Origin: Eledone cirrhosa
Lineage: Eukaryota
Direction of reading: 5' to 3'
Length of the DNA stretch: 64,000 bases
Assembly (NCBI GenBank): GCA_964016885.1
Contig: OZ024741.1
Location: forward strand, 39,370,001 to 39,434,000
Shown in pieces: positions 1-14,410 of the stretch. Both the position numbers and the translations under genes were made by a program. The notes below the pieces were generated by a model. That model was not told the DNA's origin. It worked only from the letters and a program-made list of their open reading frames with translations, and ran no database searches. Each line of letters begins with the position of its first letter. Position 1 is the first letter of the stretch.

Positions 1-210
1 CAGTTTTTCATGTGTTATATTATATCTTGTGTTAATTACTGTGTTTTATAATTATGTTATACCTATTTCATGTTTTATCAAATTGTAATCCGAGTATTGT
101 ATAACATCCTAGCCCCTACCACCCATTTTATATAACTTCGTTTGTCCAACTTCACATGTATAGTAACCCCTATGTTTATAACATTTATCATATTATATTT
201 GTTAGTTAAT

Positions 211-353
211 GGTGGTGGATTGGCACTATCAGTAGAGCGTCGGACAACATGCTTAGTGGCATAGAGTTTCGGCCCTTTGCCTTCTGAGTTCAATCCCACC
301 GAGGTTAGTTTTGCCTTTCATCCTTACGGCGTCGATAAAATAAAGAACCAGTT
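211..353 (+). mobile_element. tRNA-headed SINE (family A, most abundant in window)
   Basis: A/B-box-like head (TGGCACTATCAGTAGAG ... GAGTTCAATCCC) plus body TTGCCTTTCATCCTTACGGCGTCGATAAAATAAAG, shared with more than 12 copies in the window. Confidence 0.85.
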
Positions 354-831
354 ATCTGCTGACGCCATCTTTCGATATCAATTTTGGATCGATGAAATAA
401 TAACAAAGGGGGTTGATTGATAGAACCATTAAACTCTAATACTGCAAGGCATTGGTTCGACGCTCTAACAAATGCCTCTTCCAACACGTATCCTTCACTA
501 TCCTCAGGAGAAACGCCTTCTCTATTCTGTCCGCCGGGTCCAGGGGGCGACAAGCACGTGTCCTCCATTTGCTCATAATAGTGAGAGATGGGGGAGCGGG
601 AGACACGGACGAGTTTGGTTCCTTTGTGTTCGAACCTGGTGTCTATGTATATGTTTCACAGATTTACACTAAAGCAAAAGTTCGCATTTTTCCCCAATCA
701 AATATGCTGACCAGTTCACTGTAGTGGGTGTCGGAATTGTAAAACTATGAGACTAAATATCTTTGGTGTTTACTTTGGAGAAATGTCTTGCAGTATTCGT
801 GCAGTCGGTTTAACTATATAGTTGAGTGAAT

Positions 832-991
832 GCAACATGGCCGAATACTTAAGAAATTAGTTTCACAATCATAAGTTCCCGGATTCGACGCGCCACATGA
901 CATCCTCGGTAAGTCTCATTTACATAGCCTTGGGTTGATCCAAGCTTTGTGAGTGAAATTGGGTAGACGAAAACTATGTGGAAGCCTGTCA
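832..991 (+). mobile_element. Degenerate tRNA-derived SINE (second family)
   Basis: tRNA-like head (TGGCCGAA...GGATTCGA) followed by ATAGCCTTGGG...TTGTGAGTGAAATTGGGTAGACG; family recognised from memory of cephalopod SINEs. Confidence 0.55.
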
Positions 992-1272
992 GATGAATTT
1001 TACATATATAATTCAAGGAGGTAGCTTAATTACGCAATGCGTAACACTGAATTTCACTGAGAATTACGTTAAAGGTAGACAGTTGTATGGAATTCTCAAT
1101 CAGTGCACCTTAACTTCATGTGTAATGTATGTGTGATGCAAGCGAGTTACTCAACCAAAATACTCAATTTTATCATTGTAAGACCACCTAAAAAAAGAAA
1201 AAAAAAATCATTCGGACAAACTATCTTAGCCACTTCCTCAGACCAACAAATTAATTTATAAACAATGCAGAA

Positions 1273-1764
1273 TGCGAGAGTCGGCTGAAAACTTCATTGG
1301 TTGAAATGTTCAGGGGCTGACTAAGATACTCTCATGGAATGACCAAATGAGGTTTATTTTTCAACATAGTCCTCGGAAAGAAACAATGTAGTTAGTGAGA
1401 AGAGTTGAAATTAATGCATGCAAGATTTCACAAATCTAGAAACACTCCTTCATAGGCTGACCAAGATACTCTCATGGAATGACCAAATAAGATTTATTTC
1501 TCAATATGGAAAGATATAACGCAGTTATTAATAAGAAGAGTTGAAATTAATGCATGCAAGATTTCACAGCTCTAACATCACTCCTTTATAGGCTGACCAA
1601 GATACTCTCATGGAATGACCAAATGAGATTTATTTCTCATCATAGACCCCGGAACGATATAACAATTATAAATTAGAAGAGTTGAAATTAATGCATGCAA
1701 GATTTCACAGTTCTAGCGTTAGTTTTTCATAGTCAACCTATGAACTTTTCAGCCCACCCTCGTA
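1273..1764. mobile_element. Mariner-type MITE with internal ~136-140 bp triplication
   Basis: Left end TGCGAGAGTCGGCTGAAAACTTCATTGGTTGA matches reverse complement of right end TCAACCTATGAACTTTTCAGCCCACCCTCGTA; internal units start at 1315, 1455, 1591. Confidence 0.75.
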
Positions 1765-2385
1765 ATTTTGAAAAAAAAAAAATTAAATTTCGCATCGATA
1801 TTTTTGCTAAAGTAAAACTGTCTTTTGATGTATGTTGGCAGGACATACATAGACACAATATCTCTTATTTGGACACCGGGATACTCAACATTCTTGTCGG
1901 CTAGCGGTTTCCTTTGATAATGAGATGTCGTGTATGGCAATGTTGCTAGTGTTTGTGGGTTGGCGGTATGGTGAGGGTATTGAGTATTGTAGTGTGGTGG
2001 GGAGTGTTCGTTGCTTAAGCAGTGATTGTTGTGGTATGAAAGTACTGCACTGAGGAGGTCTGGAATTCGGCCATGTAAAGCAGGATGTCGTTGTTGTTAT
2101 TGTTGTTGCTGTCACCATAGTCGTTGTATTTGTTGTTAACCCTAAAGGTCAGAATTGATCAAGCAGACATATTATCAAAAGTAATCCGGCCGTGACTGTC
2201 ACGCAGTTTTCTTCTGTCCGGGAACTTAGGTTCACATTATAGAGTTTGTAGTTTGAGGTAGATCTATCTGCTATTTCTAGCAGAAGTAGTGACCACGCAG
2301 AGATTTCGTTGCTGTCGTGTGTTGTGGTAGTGAGTATTGGTGACGTAGCGGTAGCGGAATTATTATATCAGAAGTAATATTAATC

Positions 2386-2555
2386 TTTCTACTTTAGGCA
2401 CAAGGCCAGTAATTTGAGGGTGAGTCGATTAAATCAACCCCAGTGCTGACTGGTACTTTATTTTATCGACCCCGTAAGTATGAAAGGCACAGCTAACATC
2501 GGTGGGATTCGAAAGTAGAGTCATAACACTATGCTGCAAAGCATGGTGTCTGATG
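2386..2555 (-). mobile_element. SINE family A
   Basis: CTGGTACTTTATTTTATCGACCCCGTAAG is the reverse complement of the family body. Confidence 0.8.
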
Positions 2556-2992
2556 TCACAATTTTTGTGGCGATGATAGTAGATGGTAATAGATGATAGT
2601 AGATGATAGTAGATGATAGTAGATATGTGCGTGACTGTATGATGGAGGATAGGGGTGTTGTGGTAGTGGCGATAGTGTTGTAATGGTGATATTTATTAGG
2701 GTGATGGTGATGGACGTGGGGTGATGGTGCTGGACGTGGGGTGATGGTGGTGGACGTAGTGGTGGAAGCTTTCTAATTTTAGTGGTGGTGGTGGTTATGT
2801 GGTCGTAGTAGCGATGTAGAAATGGTGGTGGTGGTGGTGGGGTATACATATATAAAAATAATAAAACTAATAAAACAAATGAAATAAATATTGTTGGTGA
2901 AAAGTATAAAAATCAATAACAGGAGACATAGGCAACACTCTATGTGTAGTTTGATCTGCTAAATCTAGCAACTAGATCAATACAACTAGTAG

Positions 2993-3093
<101 letters not shown>

Positions 3094-3225
3094 ATATAAT
3101 TAATTAAGGAGGTCTGGGAAGGAACCAGTTGGACCATAACGCACCAGAGTACTCAATACACACATATATATGTGTGTGTATGTATATATATGTGTACATA
3201 TGTGTGTATATATATATATCAGATA

Positions 3226-3412
3226 GGGTGTGGTATAAAACCAGGTAGACCATAACCCACCAGAGTACTCGATACTTGGGGTAGTAGAGTGGATAATATG
3301 AAAAGATTCAGGACCCCGACGGCTGAGCTCCGGCCTTTCGACAGCTAGATCTGAACTGAGTTTGGATCCAGCAATCGAAATGGCCGGAGCTCCGCCGTCG
3401 GAGTCCTGAATA
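3226..3412 (-). mobile_element. (TA)n-embedded fold-back element (family H): ~85-bp conserved tail plus inverted HHR 3' half
   Basis: Tail GGACCATAACGCACCARAGTACTCAATACTTAGGGTAGTAGAGTGG shared with 3905-4088, 31535-31692, 38460-38670, 41531-41670; hairpin GGACCCCGACGG...CCGTCGGAGTCC. Confidence 0.75.
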
Positions 3413-3504
3413 TTTTCATATTCTGTATATATATATAGCGTGAAACCTATATTGACATTTGTACTGCCTCTTCGCTTCCTCGATTTTTTGTTTTCTGTGT
3501 CAAC

Positions 3505-3578
<74 letters not shown>

Positions 3579-3838
3579 AACACCACCATTCTACACCAAT
3601 ACATATTACTATCATTTGATAATGCATAAAAATGCTGAAACTGGTAATAGACAATTATTAGATATATAAATAAATAAATGCCATTGTTAATTAATAAATA
3701 AATCAACTAATACCTTAACACTTCACACAAAGTAAAATATTTCGTTTTAATCATTTTCTAACCCAGAAAATAGAGAGAAATAAATAAAAAAGGAAAAAAA
3801 AATATTTTTCTTCCTAATAATCGTATTTTTCTCGCTGT

Positions 3839-3901
<63 letters not shown>

Positions 3902-3904
3902 CAA

Positions 3905-4086
3905 ATATTACCCCGACGGCAGAGCTCAAGCCGTTTCGACGGCCATTTATGTCCAGAAATAGCCGTCGAAACAGCTTGAACTCTGCCGTTGGGGTCATAC
4001 TTTTTCCTATTACCCACTCTACTACCCTAAGTATTGAGTTCCCTGGTGCGTTATGGTCCATTTGGTTCCTTACCACATCTCCTTCG

Positions 4087-4088
<2 letters not shown>
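3905..4088 (+). mobile_element. Family H fold-back element
   Basis: Same tail and hairpin in opposite orientation, bounded by (TA)n on both sides. Confidence 0.75.
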
Positions 4089-4134
<46 letters not shown>

Positions 4135-4703
4135 GTTATTCCGGGTTGAATCGGAGGTAACCACAGTAAGTAAGGTACTCAATACATAGCAGAGTATAAA
4201 AGTTTTATATATATATATATATATGCGCATGTTCACACATATACATACGCGTGTTTGTGTGCGTATTCGTGCATACAGGCCTGCAGACATGTGTATACAC
4301 GTTTACACACACACTTCCACCAACATCACACTTAACAACCACACACGCACACACGCATCGTAACATGCACTCCACCCACACACAACCACCAACTGCACGT
4401 CTCCACACTTCCCCATGACCACCACATCCACACACCGGACCACTCGCCACCCACTGTTCCTCTTCCTCCGCCTACTCATATTTAATTTTATAATTCCTTT
4501 CTAGTCTTATTTTTAAAAAAAATTATTTTTTAATTTTCTTATTTTCTTCGCGCTTTTCCTGTTTTTCCTGGTGAAGGGAAATTGTCTGATACGTTTCTTT
4601 AGAACTGCTGGACTGGCAACCTGACAGATACCTCAGGTACAGATGATGATTATCGCTAAATACTGATGTTGGTTAGATTATCAATATTAGTATTATTGGG
4701 GCA

Positions 4704-4830
4704 CCCACTGATGAATTATAGGAGCCCACTTGAATATATATCTATTGATGGTATACAAGCTCCTACATAAATTGGTATAATTTAATCCAAATTGTAGGAA
4801 TCCTATAATGAAACGAGACGTCCGTCTGGG
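4704..4830 (+). ncRNA. Type I hammerhead ribozyme with enlarged stem II
   Basis: CCCA-CTGATGA-ATTATAGG[79 nt]CCTATAAT-GAAACG-agacgtc-CGTC-TGGG: intact core, stem I CCCA/TGGG, GUC cleavage triplet. Confidence 0.8.
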
Positions 4831-5405
4831 AAGAGATATATTCGATATGTCTCATATGAAATAATACAGCCAATTTTCCACGCAATACTTTTAGTTAGCA
4901 CCCCGAACGCATAATTGGTAATATAATCACTTATTTCCTAATGTTTGTTGAGTGAGTTGGAATTTGGCTGGAGTATCGCTAAAAAGCTTTCTCCGATATT
5001 GTATTTATTTATTTACTCTTGGCGCAACAGATTTGAAATTTTCCCGGTATAAGGTTAGAATTTCTTTGTTTATTTTTTATATATGAATATTGATTGTTCC
5101 TTATATCTCATTCTGTTATTTTGCCCGAGAAAATATCTGTGTGTGTCATCAAATGTTGTACACACATAGATATTTTTTCAATTTCCAATTGAGTTCTAGC
5201 ACGTGGCCTGAATTTCTTTTAGAGTTCATTGTCATGCGCATGTATTGTTTTTTTTGGTGGTAATTTACTTCCTCATCTTTGAATCAGTTTGAGCATTTCT
5301 TCAGAACTGCTGGACTGGCAACCCGACAGATACCTCAGGTACAGATGATGATTATCGCTAAATACTGATGTTGGTTAGATTATCAATATTAGTATTATTG
5401 GGGCA

Positions 5406-5532
5406 CCCACTGATGAATTATAGGAGCCCACTTGAATATATATCTATTGATGGTATACAAGCTCCTACATAAATTGGTATAATTTAATCCAAATTGTAGG
5501 AATCCTATAATGAAACGAGACGTCCGTCTGGG
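5406..5532 (+). ncRNA. Type I hammerhead ribozyme (second 702-bp unit)
   Basis: Copy of 4704-4830. Confidence 0.8.
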
Positions 5533-6730
5533 AAGAGATATATTCGATATGTCTCATATGAAATAATACAGCCAATTTTCCACGCAATACTTTTAGTTAG
5601 CACCCCGAACGCATAATTGGTAATATAATCACTTATTTCCTAATGTTTGTTGAGTGAGTTGGAATTTGGCTGGAGTATCGCTAAAAAGCTTTCTCCGATA
5701 TTGTATTTATTTATTTACTCTTGGCGCAACAGATTTGAAATTTTCCCGGTATAAGGTTAGAATTTCTTTGTTTATTTTTTATATATGAATATTGATTGTT
5801 CCTTATATCTCATTCTGTTATTTTGCCCGAGAAAGTATCTGTGTGTGTCATCAAATGTTGTACACACATAGATATTTTTTCAATCTCCAATTGAGTTCTT
5901 AGCACGTGGCCTGAATTCCTTTTAGAGTTCATTGTCACGCGCATGTATTGTTTTTTTGGCGGTAATTTACTTCCTCATTTTTGAATCAGTTTGAGCATTT
6001 CTTCAGAACTGTTGGACTGGCAACCTGACAGATACCTCAGGTACAGATGATGATTATCGCTAAATACTGATGTTGGTTAGATTATCAATATTAGTATTAT
6101 TGGGGCACCCAATATAATTATTTCCCTCTTACAGCTCTCTTTTCCTAAAATTAATACCTAAAAGTATACATATAAATTAATTTAATTTCCTGTTATGAAT
6201 CTAGATTCCTTGTAGTCTATATAAGATTGGTATGTTTCACTACTACACTTATCGCAAAATTTTATTTTCCTTCATTTTTAACAACATTCTTTAATAACAT
6301 CTAATTCTTATTTATCACATCCATATGAATTAATATAAATTTATCCCTATACGTATACCTATCAATTAATTTAATTTCTTGTTATAGATCTAAATTCCTT
6401 GTGTTTTAAATAAGATTGGTATTTCTCACTAATACCTTTACTCTAAAATTTTACTCTCCTTCGTTTTTAACATTATTCTTTAATAACACGAAATTTTCGT
6501 GTACCCTTCACAGGCGTGACCTCTTTTCATCCCCAAAGTATTCTTTTCATTCAAAGTATTCTTTCCATTCAAAACACAAGTCTGCATTCCTCTACCCCTA
6601 AATTAAATTTCTACTACTACTATTCTATCAACTTGACCACTTAATACTTTTCTATTGGTCAATTCAAAACCTGTTCCCAAACAGACGTATTATATTAAAT
6701 CTTTGTTGGTTTTTTTTCAATAAACAAATC

Positions 6731-7198
<468 letters not shown>

Positions 7199-7279
7199 AA
7201 AGTATATAGTGAGTTAGAAACCCAAAATAGTCTCTTACAATTAAATAGCTGAAGGAAAAAAAATTTCCGGGCCGTGTAA

Positions 7280-7543
7280 TATAATTCAATATAATAAAGA
7301 GATATAAACAGAGATATATACATATATGTGTTCAAATCGTAAGGGACCAGATTCGCTAGGGTGAATAGGATACTAAGTATGAACAATACGGTTTCTCAGA
7401 CTCAATTTAAAAGAATAAATTAAGAAAAAGTACAAACAGAAATTGTGACAACTATCAAGCTAGCGAATCTGGTCCCTTACGATTTGAACATATACGAGAT
7501 GTATATATCTGTGTTTATCTCTTTATCTCTCTTTATTATATTG

Positions 7544-7548
<5 letters not shown>
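7280..7548. repeat. Inverted repeat (fold-back), arms ~80 bp
   Basis: GTTCAAATCGTAAGGGACCAGATTCGCTAG vs CTAGCGAATCTGGTCCCTTACGATTTGAAC. Confidence 0.85.
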
Positions 7549-7603
<55 letters not shown>

Positions 7604-7909
7604 GCATAGAGCTTAACTAGCTACCGTCACATATTTGGTAGGTCAGACGTGATCATCGCGATTCACACACGACCTACCATACATCTTACTTATATCTAAT
7701 GATATATGTTATGTTTAATAAATAAACATCTGGAAAGCCGTCTAGCTATGAGTGTTGAAAAGGTGACAGCTAGTGCCGTCTATCGGATTCCAGCAGACGC
7801 AGCGGGGAACAACTGTGACGTCGTCGGGAGAGCTTCCCTTGCTAAATGCTGGAAACAATCGTAATTTGTGTAATTATTGATATTATTAATTTATTAATTC
7901 TATTGATTA

Positions 7910-8839
7910 CTAGCAGTAAAGCCCGGCGTTGCTCGGGGTCGCTCAGTAGCTGTGTTAAAGTTACAATGTTAAGTTTCTTTCTTGGCTTAAAAACTGTAGT
8001 GTCTACTGTGCAGACTTGCATGTGGTGTTTTTGATTAATATTCCCTCAACCAACAATATGCCTTATGAAGTTAAGAAAACATAACGATAACCCGAATGTT
8101 ATAACAAAAGAGGATGCTGGGGATAGAAACTGCACTGGTTATTTATTAACAAAGATCGAAAATGTAAACACTGCAACGCAGAGAAAAACATTAGCGTAAC
8201 CAAATTATCAGTTATGTCTGTCTGCACGCCTATATCACCTCTCTGCACGACTGTCTGTCTGCACGCCTATATCACCTCTCTGCACGACTATCTGTCTGCA
8301 CGCCTATATCACCTCTCTGCACGACTGTCTGTCTGCACGCCTATATCACCTCTCTGCACGACTGTCTGTCTGCACGACTGTCTGTCTGCACGACTGTCTG
8401 TCTGCACGCCTAACGACGAAATATTTGCTTGTTTTACGTAGTCTTTAAATAGACTTGTTTTCAAGTAAAAATATTGTTTTAAAATGCTTTTAAATGGAAA
8501 TGAAGCAAAACGGAAGCTTAATGTTCGAACTGATGAATTTTGCAGGTCAATATTTTGCTGGCTCGACAACTGTTAAAGCCAGCGTAATTTTTTACGTAAG
8601 ACGCTCAATGTAAACAGAACAAAGGGAAATAACTGATAACTTACGCTCAAAAATCGATACATTATATTCGATTTCGTCACATAGGGTGGGTCAATTTGAA
8701 AATTCTTTTTTCCGATGTCTTCGCTAGGGCTCAATGTACAAGTATAGCAATTTCGGTGCAATTCCGTGAGAGATTCTAAGAGGAGATGTGTGCCAAAAAT
8801 CGATAGACAGACAGACAACCACAGTTTTATATATATAGA
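7910..8839 (-). mobile_element. Non-autonomous Helitron with internal 37-bp minisatellite (8215-8410)
   Basis: On - strand: a|TCTATATATATAAAAC...(GTCT)n at the 5' end; subterminal hairpin CCCGAGCAACGCCGGG then CTGCTAG|t; inserted between A and T, no TSD. Confidence 0.8.
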
Positions 8840-9135
8840 TTGTATTGATTCGTTCATGTATCGTTATCTCCCCATCTTATCTAATGATTTCACTCTCACG
8901 CAAGAAATAGATTTTTTTTTCTCTTTTGTTCTGTGAACAAGTTACAGATATCTCAGTAAACGTTGAGAGTTCCAATTGAGAATAGTATTGTCAATTTCGT
9001 TCGAAACCGGTTATAATTAATGCAGCAATTATAAAATTATTCATTCTCTCGGATTAAAGAAAAACATAATCTTTAAATATATTTCTGTGCTTTTTCACCT
9101 TCAATTTTTAATTATAAAATGTGTGTATATATACA

Positions 9136-9203
<68 letters not shown>

Positions 9204-9208
9204 ATGTG

Positions 9209-9699
<491 letters not shown>

Positions 9700-9833
9700 A
9701 AAGCAAAGGGATATTTAATTTGTTGGTAATTCAACAAATATATTTATAACAGATTCGAAGCACTCGACAAGTTTTCTGGAGTATAATATCAATGATATTA
9801 ATAAATGGAAACTATATTTATAAAACCATATTT

Positions 9834-9892
9834 ATTCTATTATATATATTTCAAGGGTACCAACACTTTGGTACGCCCTCATCAGATAAAAT
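9834..9892 (-). ncRNA. Minimal type I hammerhead ribozyme in left arm of the 9786-10062 inverted repeat
   Basis: - strand ATTTTAT-CTGATGA-GGGCGTACCAA agtg TTGGTACCCTT-GAAAT-ATAT-ATA-ATAGAAT; palindromic stem III. Confidence 0.7.
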
Positions 9893-10076
9893 ACAAAGTT
9901 TGTTTTATAAATATTGACATATCCAGGAATGAGACCTTAACGGTTCAAGTTTCACCTGGATAGTCTATCCAGTTTCACCAAAGTTTTGGTACCCATGAAA
10001 TATATATAATAGAATAAATATGGTTTATAAATATAGTTTCCATTTATTAATATCATTGATATATATATATATTATA

Positions 10077-10278
10077 AACACTAAATTCTTTTGAGTGGTT
10101 TCCTTTTTAGTCTGTCAATTATCTATATGTATATATATATGTGTGTGTGTGTGTATGTATATATATATATGCGTGTGTGTGTGTTTGTGTGTGTGTATAT
10201 ATATGTATATATACATATATACATATAGATAATTGACAGTCGAAAAAAAAGGAACCACTCAAAAGAATTCAGTGTCTT
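10077..10278. repeat. Inverted repeat with microsatellite loop
   Basis: ATTCTTTTGAGTGGTT...CTGTCAATTATCTATATG vs CATATAGATAATTGACAG...AACCACTCAAAAGAAT. Confidence 0.8.
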
Positions 10279-10750
10279 TACTTGCAGACGTAAAAAATGT
10301 ATGCAATGAATATATTCATAGAAAATGCTTTCTCTTCAGGGGTGCGTAAAAGATTTTAAAACACATTTTTTTTAATATTCAAAATTTGTAACAAAAACTG
10401 AACCCCGTCCCCATAATCAATAACATTAGACACAACAAACAAATATTAACAAAGGAGATGGTATGAGGATAGAAAGTTGGATACTGTAAGGATTGAGATG
10501 TGCTTGTAAGATAAATTTAATGAAGAAATGAGGGACTTAGTGAATTCCATTATGAGTAATGGTTACTAGGATCAGTCAATCCAATTATTGTTAAATTTAT
10601 GAAATTAATTATATGTATATATACAGCATCTATCTATATATATATATATATATACATGCGTACATAAACATATATGTATATAAATATAAATATATATATA
10701 TGTACAAACGAAAGATGAAAAGAATCTTATTTGCATGAATCGTGCATATA

Positions 10751-10781
<31 letters not shown>

Positions 10782-10844
10782 TTATATATTTACACGCAAC
10801 ACACATACAAGCGCGACACACTTATACATACAAGCATAATATAA

Positions 10845-11300
<456 letters not shown>

Positions 11301-11492
11301 GTCTATGTGAGTATGTATGGGGGCTTTTATTGTCGGAACGTTTTTACAAATATGCTGGATAAACAAAGCAAACAAACACACAAAAAATACAAATCACAAA
11401 ACAAAACAAGAAAACAGAAGGAAATAAAAGAAGATGGCGGTTAATGAAGTAGAATATCTGACCAACATCTCAATCACTGGCATAATTGTCTT

Positions 11493-11532
11493 GCCATCAC
11501 CATCACCATCATCACCATCATTATGACCATTG

Positions 11533-11590
<58 letters not shown>

Positions 11591-11674
11591 TACCATCATC
11601 ATCATTATGATCATTATCATCATCATTATCACCATCATCATCATCATTATCACCATCATCATCATCTTCACCGC

Positions 11675-11706
<32 letters not shown>

Positions 11707-11803
11707 CAATCGCTGCCATTTACATCATCACCACCATCATCATCATCATTATCATCATCATCACCATTCCTTTTATCCCCGTCATCTCACAATCACCCCC
11801 ACC

Positions 11804-11844
<41 letters not shown>

Positions 11845-12176
11845 TATCCCTACCATCTTTATGCGGAAGCTGTAGAATATGGTGGAAATCTACAAAGGGA
11901 GGGAACTCAATTAAACGATATGTAATCTCGCTTTGTCATCAAACCATCAAAGATCCGCTTCCGTTTTCATTAGCATTTCCTATTGTCAATGGTTAATACA
12001 GTATGGCTAGCTGCTGCTGCTGCTGCTGCTGCTGTTGTTGTTGTTGTTGTTGTTATTGTTGTTGTTGTTGTTAGCTGGTGCTGCTGTTTGATGTTGTTAT
12101 TATTGCTGTCGTTTTGGTTGTTGTTTTGTTGTTGTTGTCGTTGCTCTTGTTGGTGATGTTTTTACTGCTGTCGTTT

Positions 12177-12208
<32 letters not shown>

Positions 12209-12475
12209 TTGGTTGTTGTTGTTTTTGCTGTTGTTGTTGTTTTGGTTGTTGTTGATGCTGTTGTCGTTGTTTTGATTGTTGTTGTCGTTGCTGTTGTTGG
12301 TGATGTTGTTACTGCTGTTGTTAGTTTTTGATATTGTTACTGTTGTCGCTGTTTATGTAGTTGTTGTATGTTTGTTTGTGTCGCTCTTGTTGTTATGGCT
12401 GTTGTTATAGTTGTTTTTACTGTTATTGTTGTTGCTGTTCTTGCTACATGTCGGCCCTTGTGGCCAATAAAGAAA

Positions 12476-12514
<39 letters not shown>

Positions 12515-12520
12515 GCATTA
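11493..12520. repeat. Trinucleotide microsatellite tracts (CAT)n, (CTG/TTG)n, (ATT)n
   Basis: Direct reading; explains the poly-His/Met/Leu pseudo-ORFs. Confidence 0.9.
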
Positions 12521-13235
12521 TTATCAAGTCTTTTTAATTCTGTATCTTCTGTAGTCTCTCTTTCTGTGTATGTGTGTGTGTTTCTATGTGTGTCTGTGTG
12601 TATGTCTGTCTATGTGTGTCTGTGTGTCTGTGTGCCTGTGTGTCTCTGTGTGCCTATGTGTCTGTGTGTATGTGTGTGTGTGTGTGTGCCTGTCTGCCTA
12701 TGTGTGTCTGTGTGTGTGTGTGCCTACATGCATGTCACATCATGTCATATCATATGTCATTTTATATTATATTATATTATATGTTATTTTATGTTATTTC
12801 TATGTTGTTTTATGTTGTTATGTGTTTCCATATACAAATCGCTATTCATATCAAAAACCACAAAAATCTGCTTGTAGTTCATATTTATCGCTTCGCTCTA
12901 TCAGATATAACAAAAAAAAATATAAATATTTTCATTGAGAAATTTTCCCTCGCTTCCCCATTGCAAGAAGGTTGTGTCTGCCGCGTGAAATAGTTTGTGG
13001 TCAAAACCAGCTTTCATTTCTAATTATTGATTATAGATAAGATCCATAATTATCTGTCTTTCTTTCTTGCAGTATTTTTTTCTTTCATTTTCTTCCTCTG
13101 TCGCTCTTTTTCTCCTTCACTCTCGCTCTCTCTCTTTCACACACACAATCCTTCTCTCTTTCTCCTTACCATAAAAAACACAACTAAACATATACACTAA
13201 AATAAAATGAGATAAAACAACAAAAGAATAGATAA

Positions 13236-13298
<63 letters not shown>

Positions 13299-13429
13299 AA
13301 TAATAATAATAATAATAGTAATAATGACAACAATAATAATGATGATGATGATGATGACGACGACGATGATGATAATAAAAAAAATTATAGTAATAATGAA
13401 GATGGCAATAACGATAATGATGGTGGTGG

Positions 13430-13487
<58 letters not shown>

Positions 13488-14217
13488 TATAATGTGGATG
13501 ATGATAGTAGTCGTAATAACCATATACAAATTGTGAATTGTGCTGGTTTAACTAGATCATATTCAATGTGATCCGGGATCAACTTTTCTCAGTTCATATA
13601 CTACAGATGAAATGGACTGAGGATAGGAAGGGGAGAGAAATGGTCAAGTTATTTAATCATTTGAGATTTTATGTTGTTAACCATGCTGTATAATTGAGAA
13701 TAACGGCAAGGAAAATATGAGTGACAAGGAAATAGTAAGTAGTATGGTGGATATCGTGATAGAATTAACGTTTTAAGATGTCCAATAAATCCTTCGGTTT
13801 CATATAGGTGACCGAGGTTGAGAAGAATGGTCAAACGGAGGGTCATAGTTCTGTTGCTGTCAGCTGGATTATTGTTATTGTTATTAGTGGTGGTGGTTGC
13901 GGTGGTGATGGTGTTGTTGGTGGTGGTTGAGGTGGTGATGGTGTTGTTGGTGGTGAAAATGATTTCCATCATAACACTACTGACCAAGTGAAAAGAGGCG
14001 ATATAATTGTCTGTCTTGTATTGGCACCATTCAGCTGGACTGCATTTTTATTGTTGTTTACATAATGTAATGGAGATGATCTCCGGCTGTTTCGATGATG
14101 GGTGTTCCAGTTGTTTGATTAGTATAATAACCTACTCATGAATTAAAGTATAAGTGGCTGAGCATTCTACAGATATGTGCATTCTTAACATAATTCTCCA
14201 GAACAGTGAGCATTATA

Positions 14218-14410
14218 GGTGAATTGGCAGTATCGGTAGAGGGTCGGACGCCATGCTTTCTAGCATAGTTACGGTCTGAGTTCAAATTACGGTCTGAGTT
14301 CAAATCCCGTCGAGTTTAACTTTGCCTTTCATCTATACAGGGTCGATAAAATAAAGTACCAGTAATGTACTGGGTAATTTCTGGCCTTGTGCCAAAAGTA
14401 GAAACAATTA
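14218..14410 (+). mobile_element. SINE family A with TSD
   Basis: Near full copy; ATTATAGGT at 14212-14220 and 14407-14415; internal duplication of TTACGGTCTGAGTTCAAAT. Confidence 0.9.

Larger units (their letters stand above)
4594..6111 (+). repeat. 702-bp tandem repeat (~2.15 units) carrying an HHR
   Basis: AGAACTG(C/T)TGGACTGGCAAC recurs at 4601, 5303, 6005; units nearly identical. Confidence 0.95.

Noticed and set aside
452-724. GC-richer short ORFs near the window start
   Set aside because: No motif or splice evidence that I can recognise
4930-5060. Faint resemblance on - strand to a GIY-YIG endonuclease C-terminus (SLNKH*EI)
   Set aside because: Too short, interrupted, and antisense to the HHR; needs a profile search to support
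11474-13582. Poly-His, poly-Met and poly-Leu ORFs
   Set aside because: (CAT)n, (TTG)n and (GAT)n microsatellites
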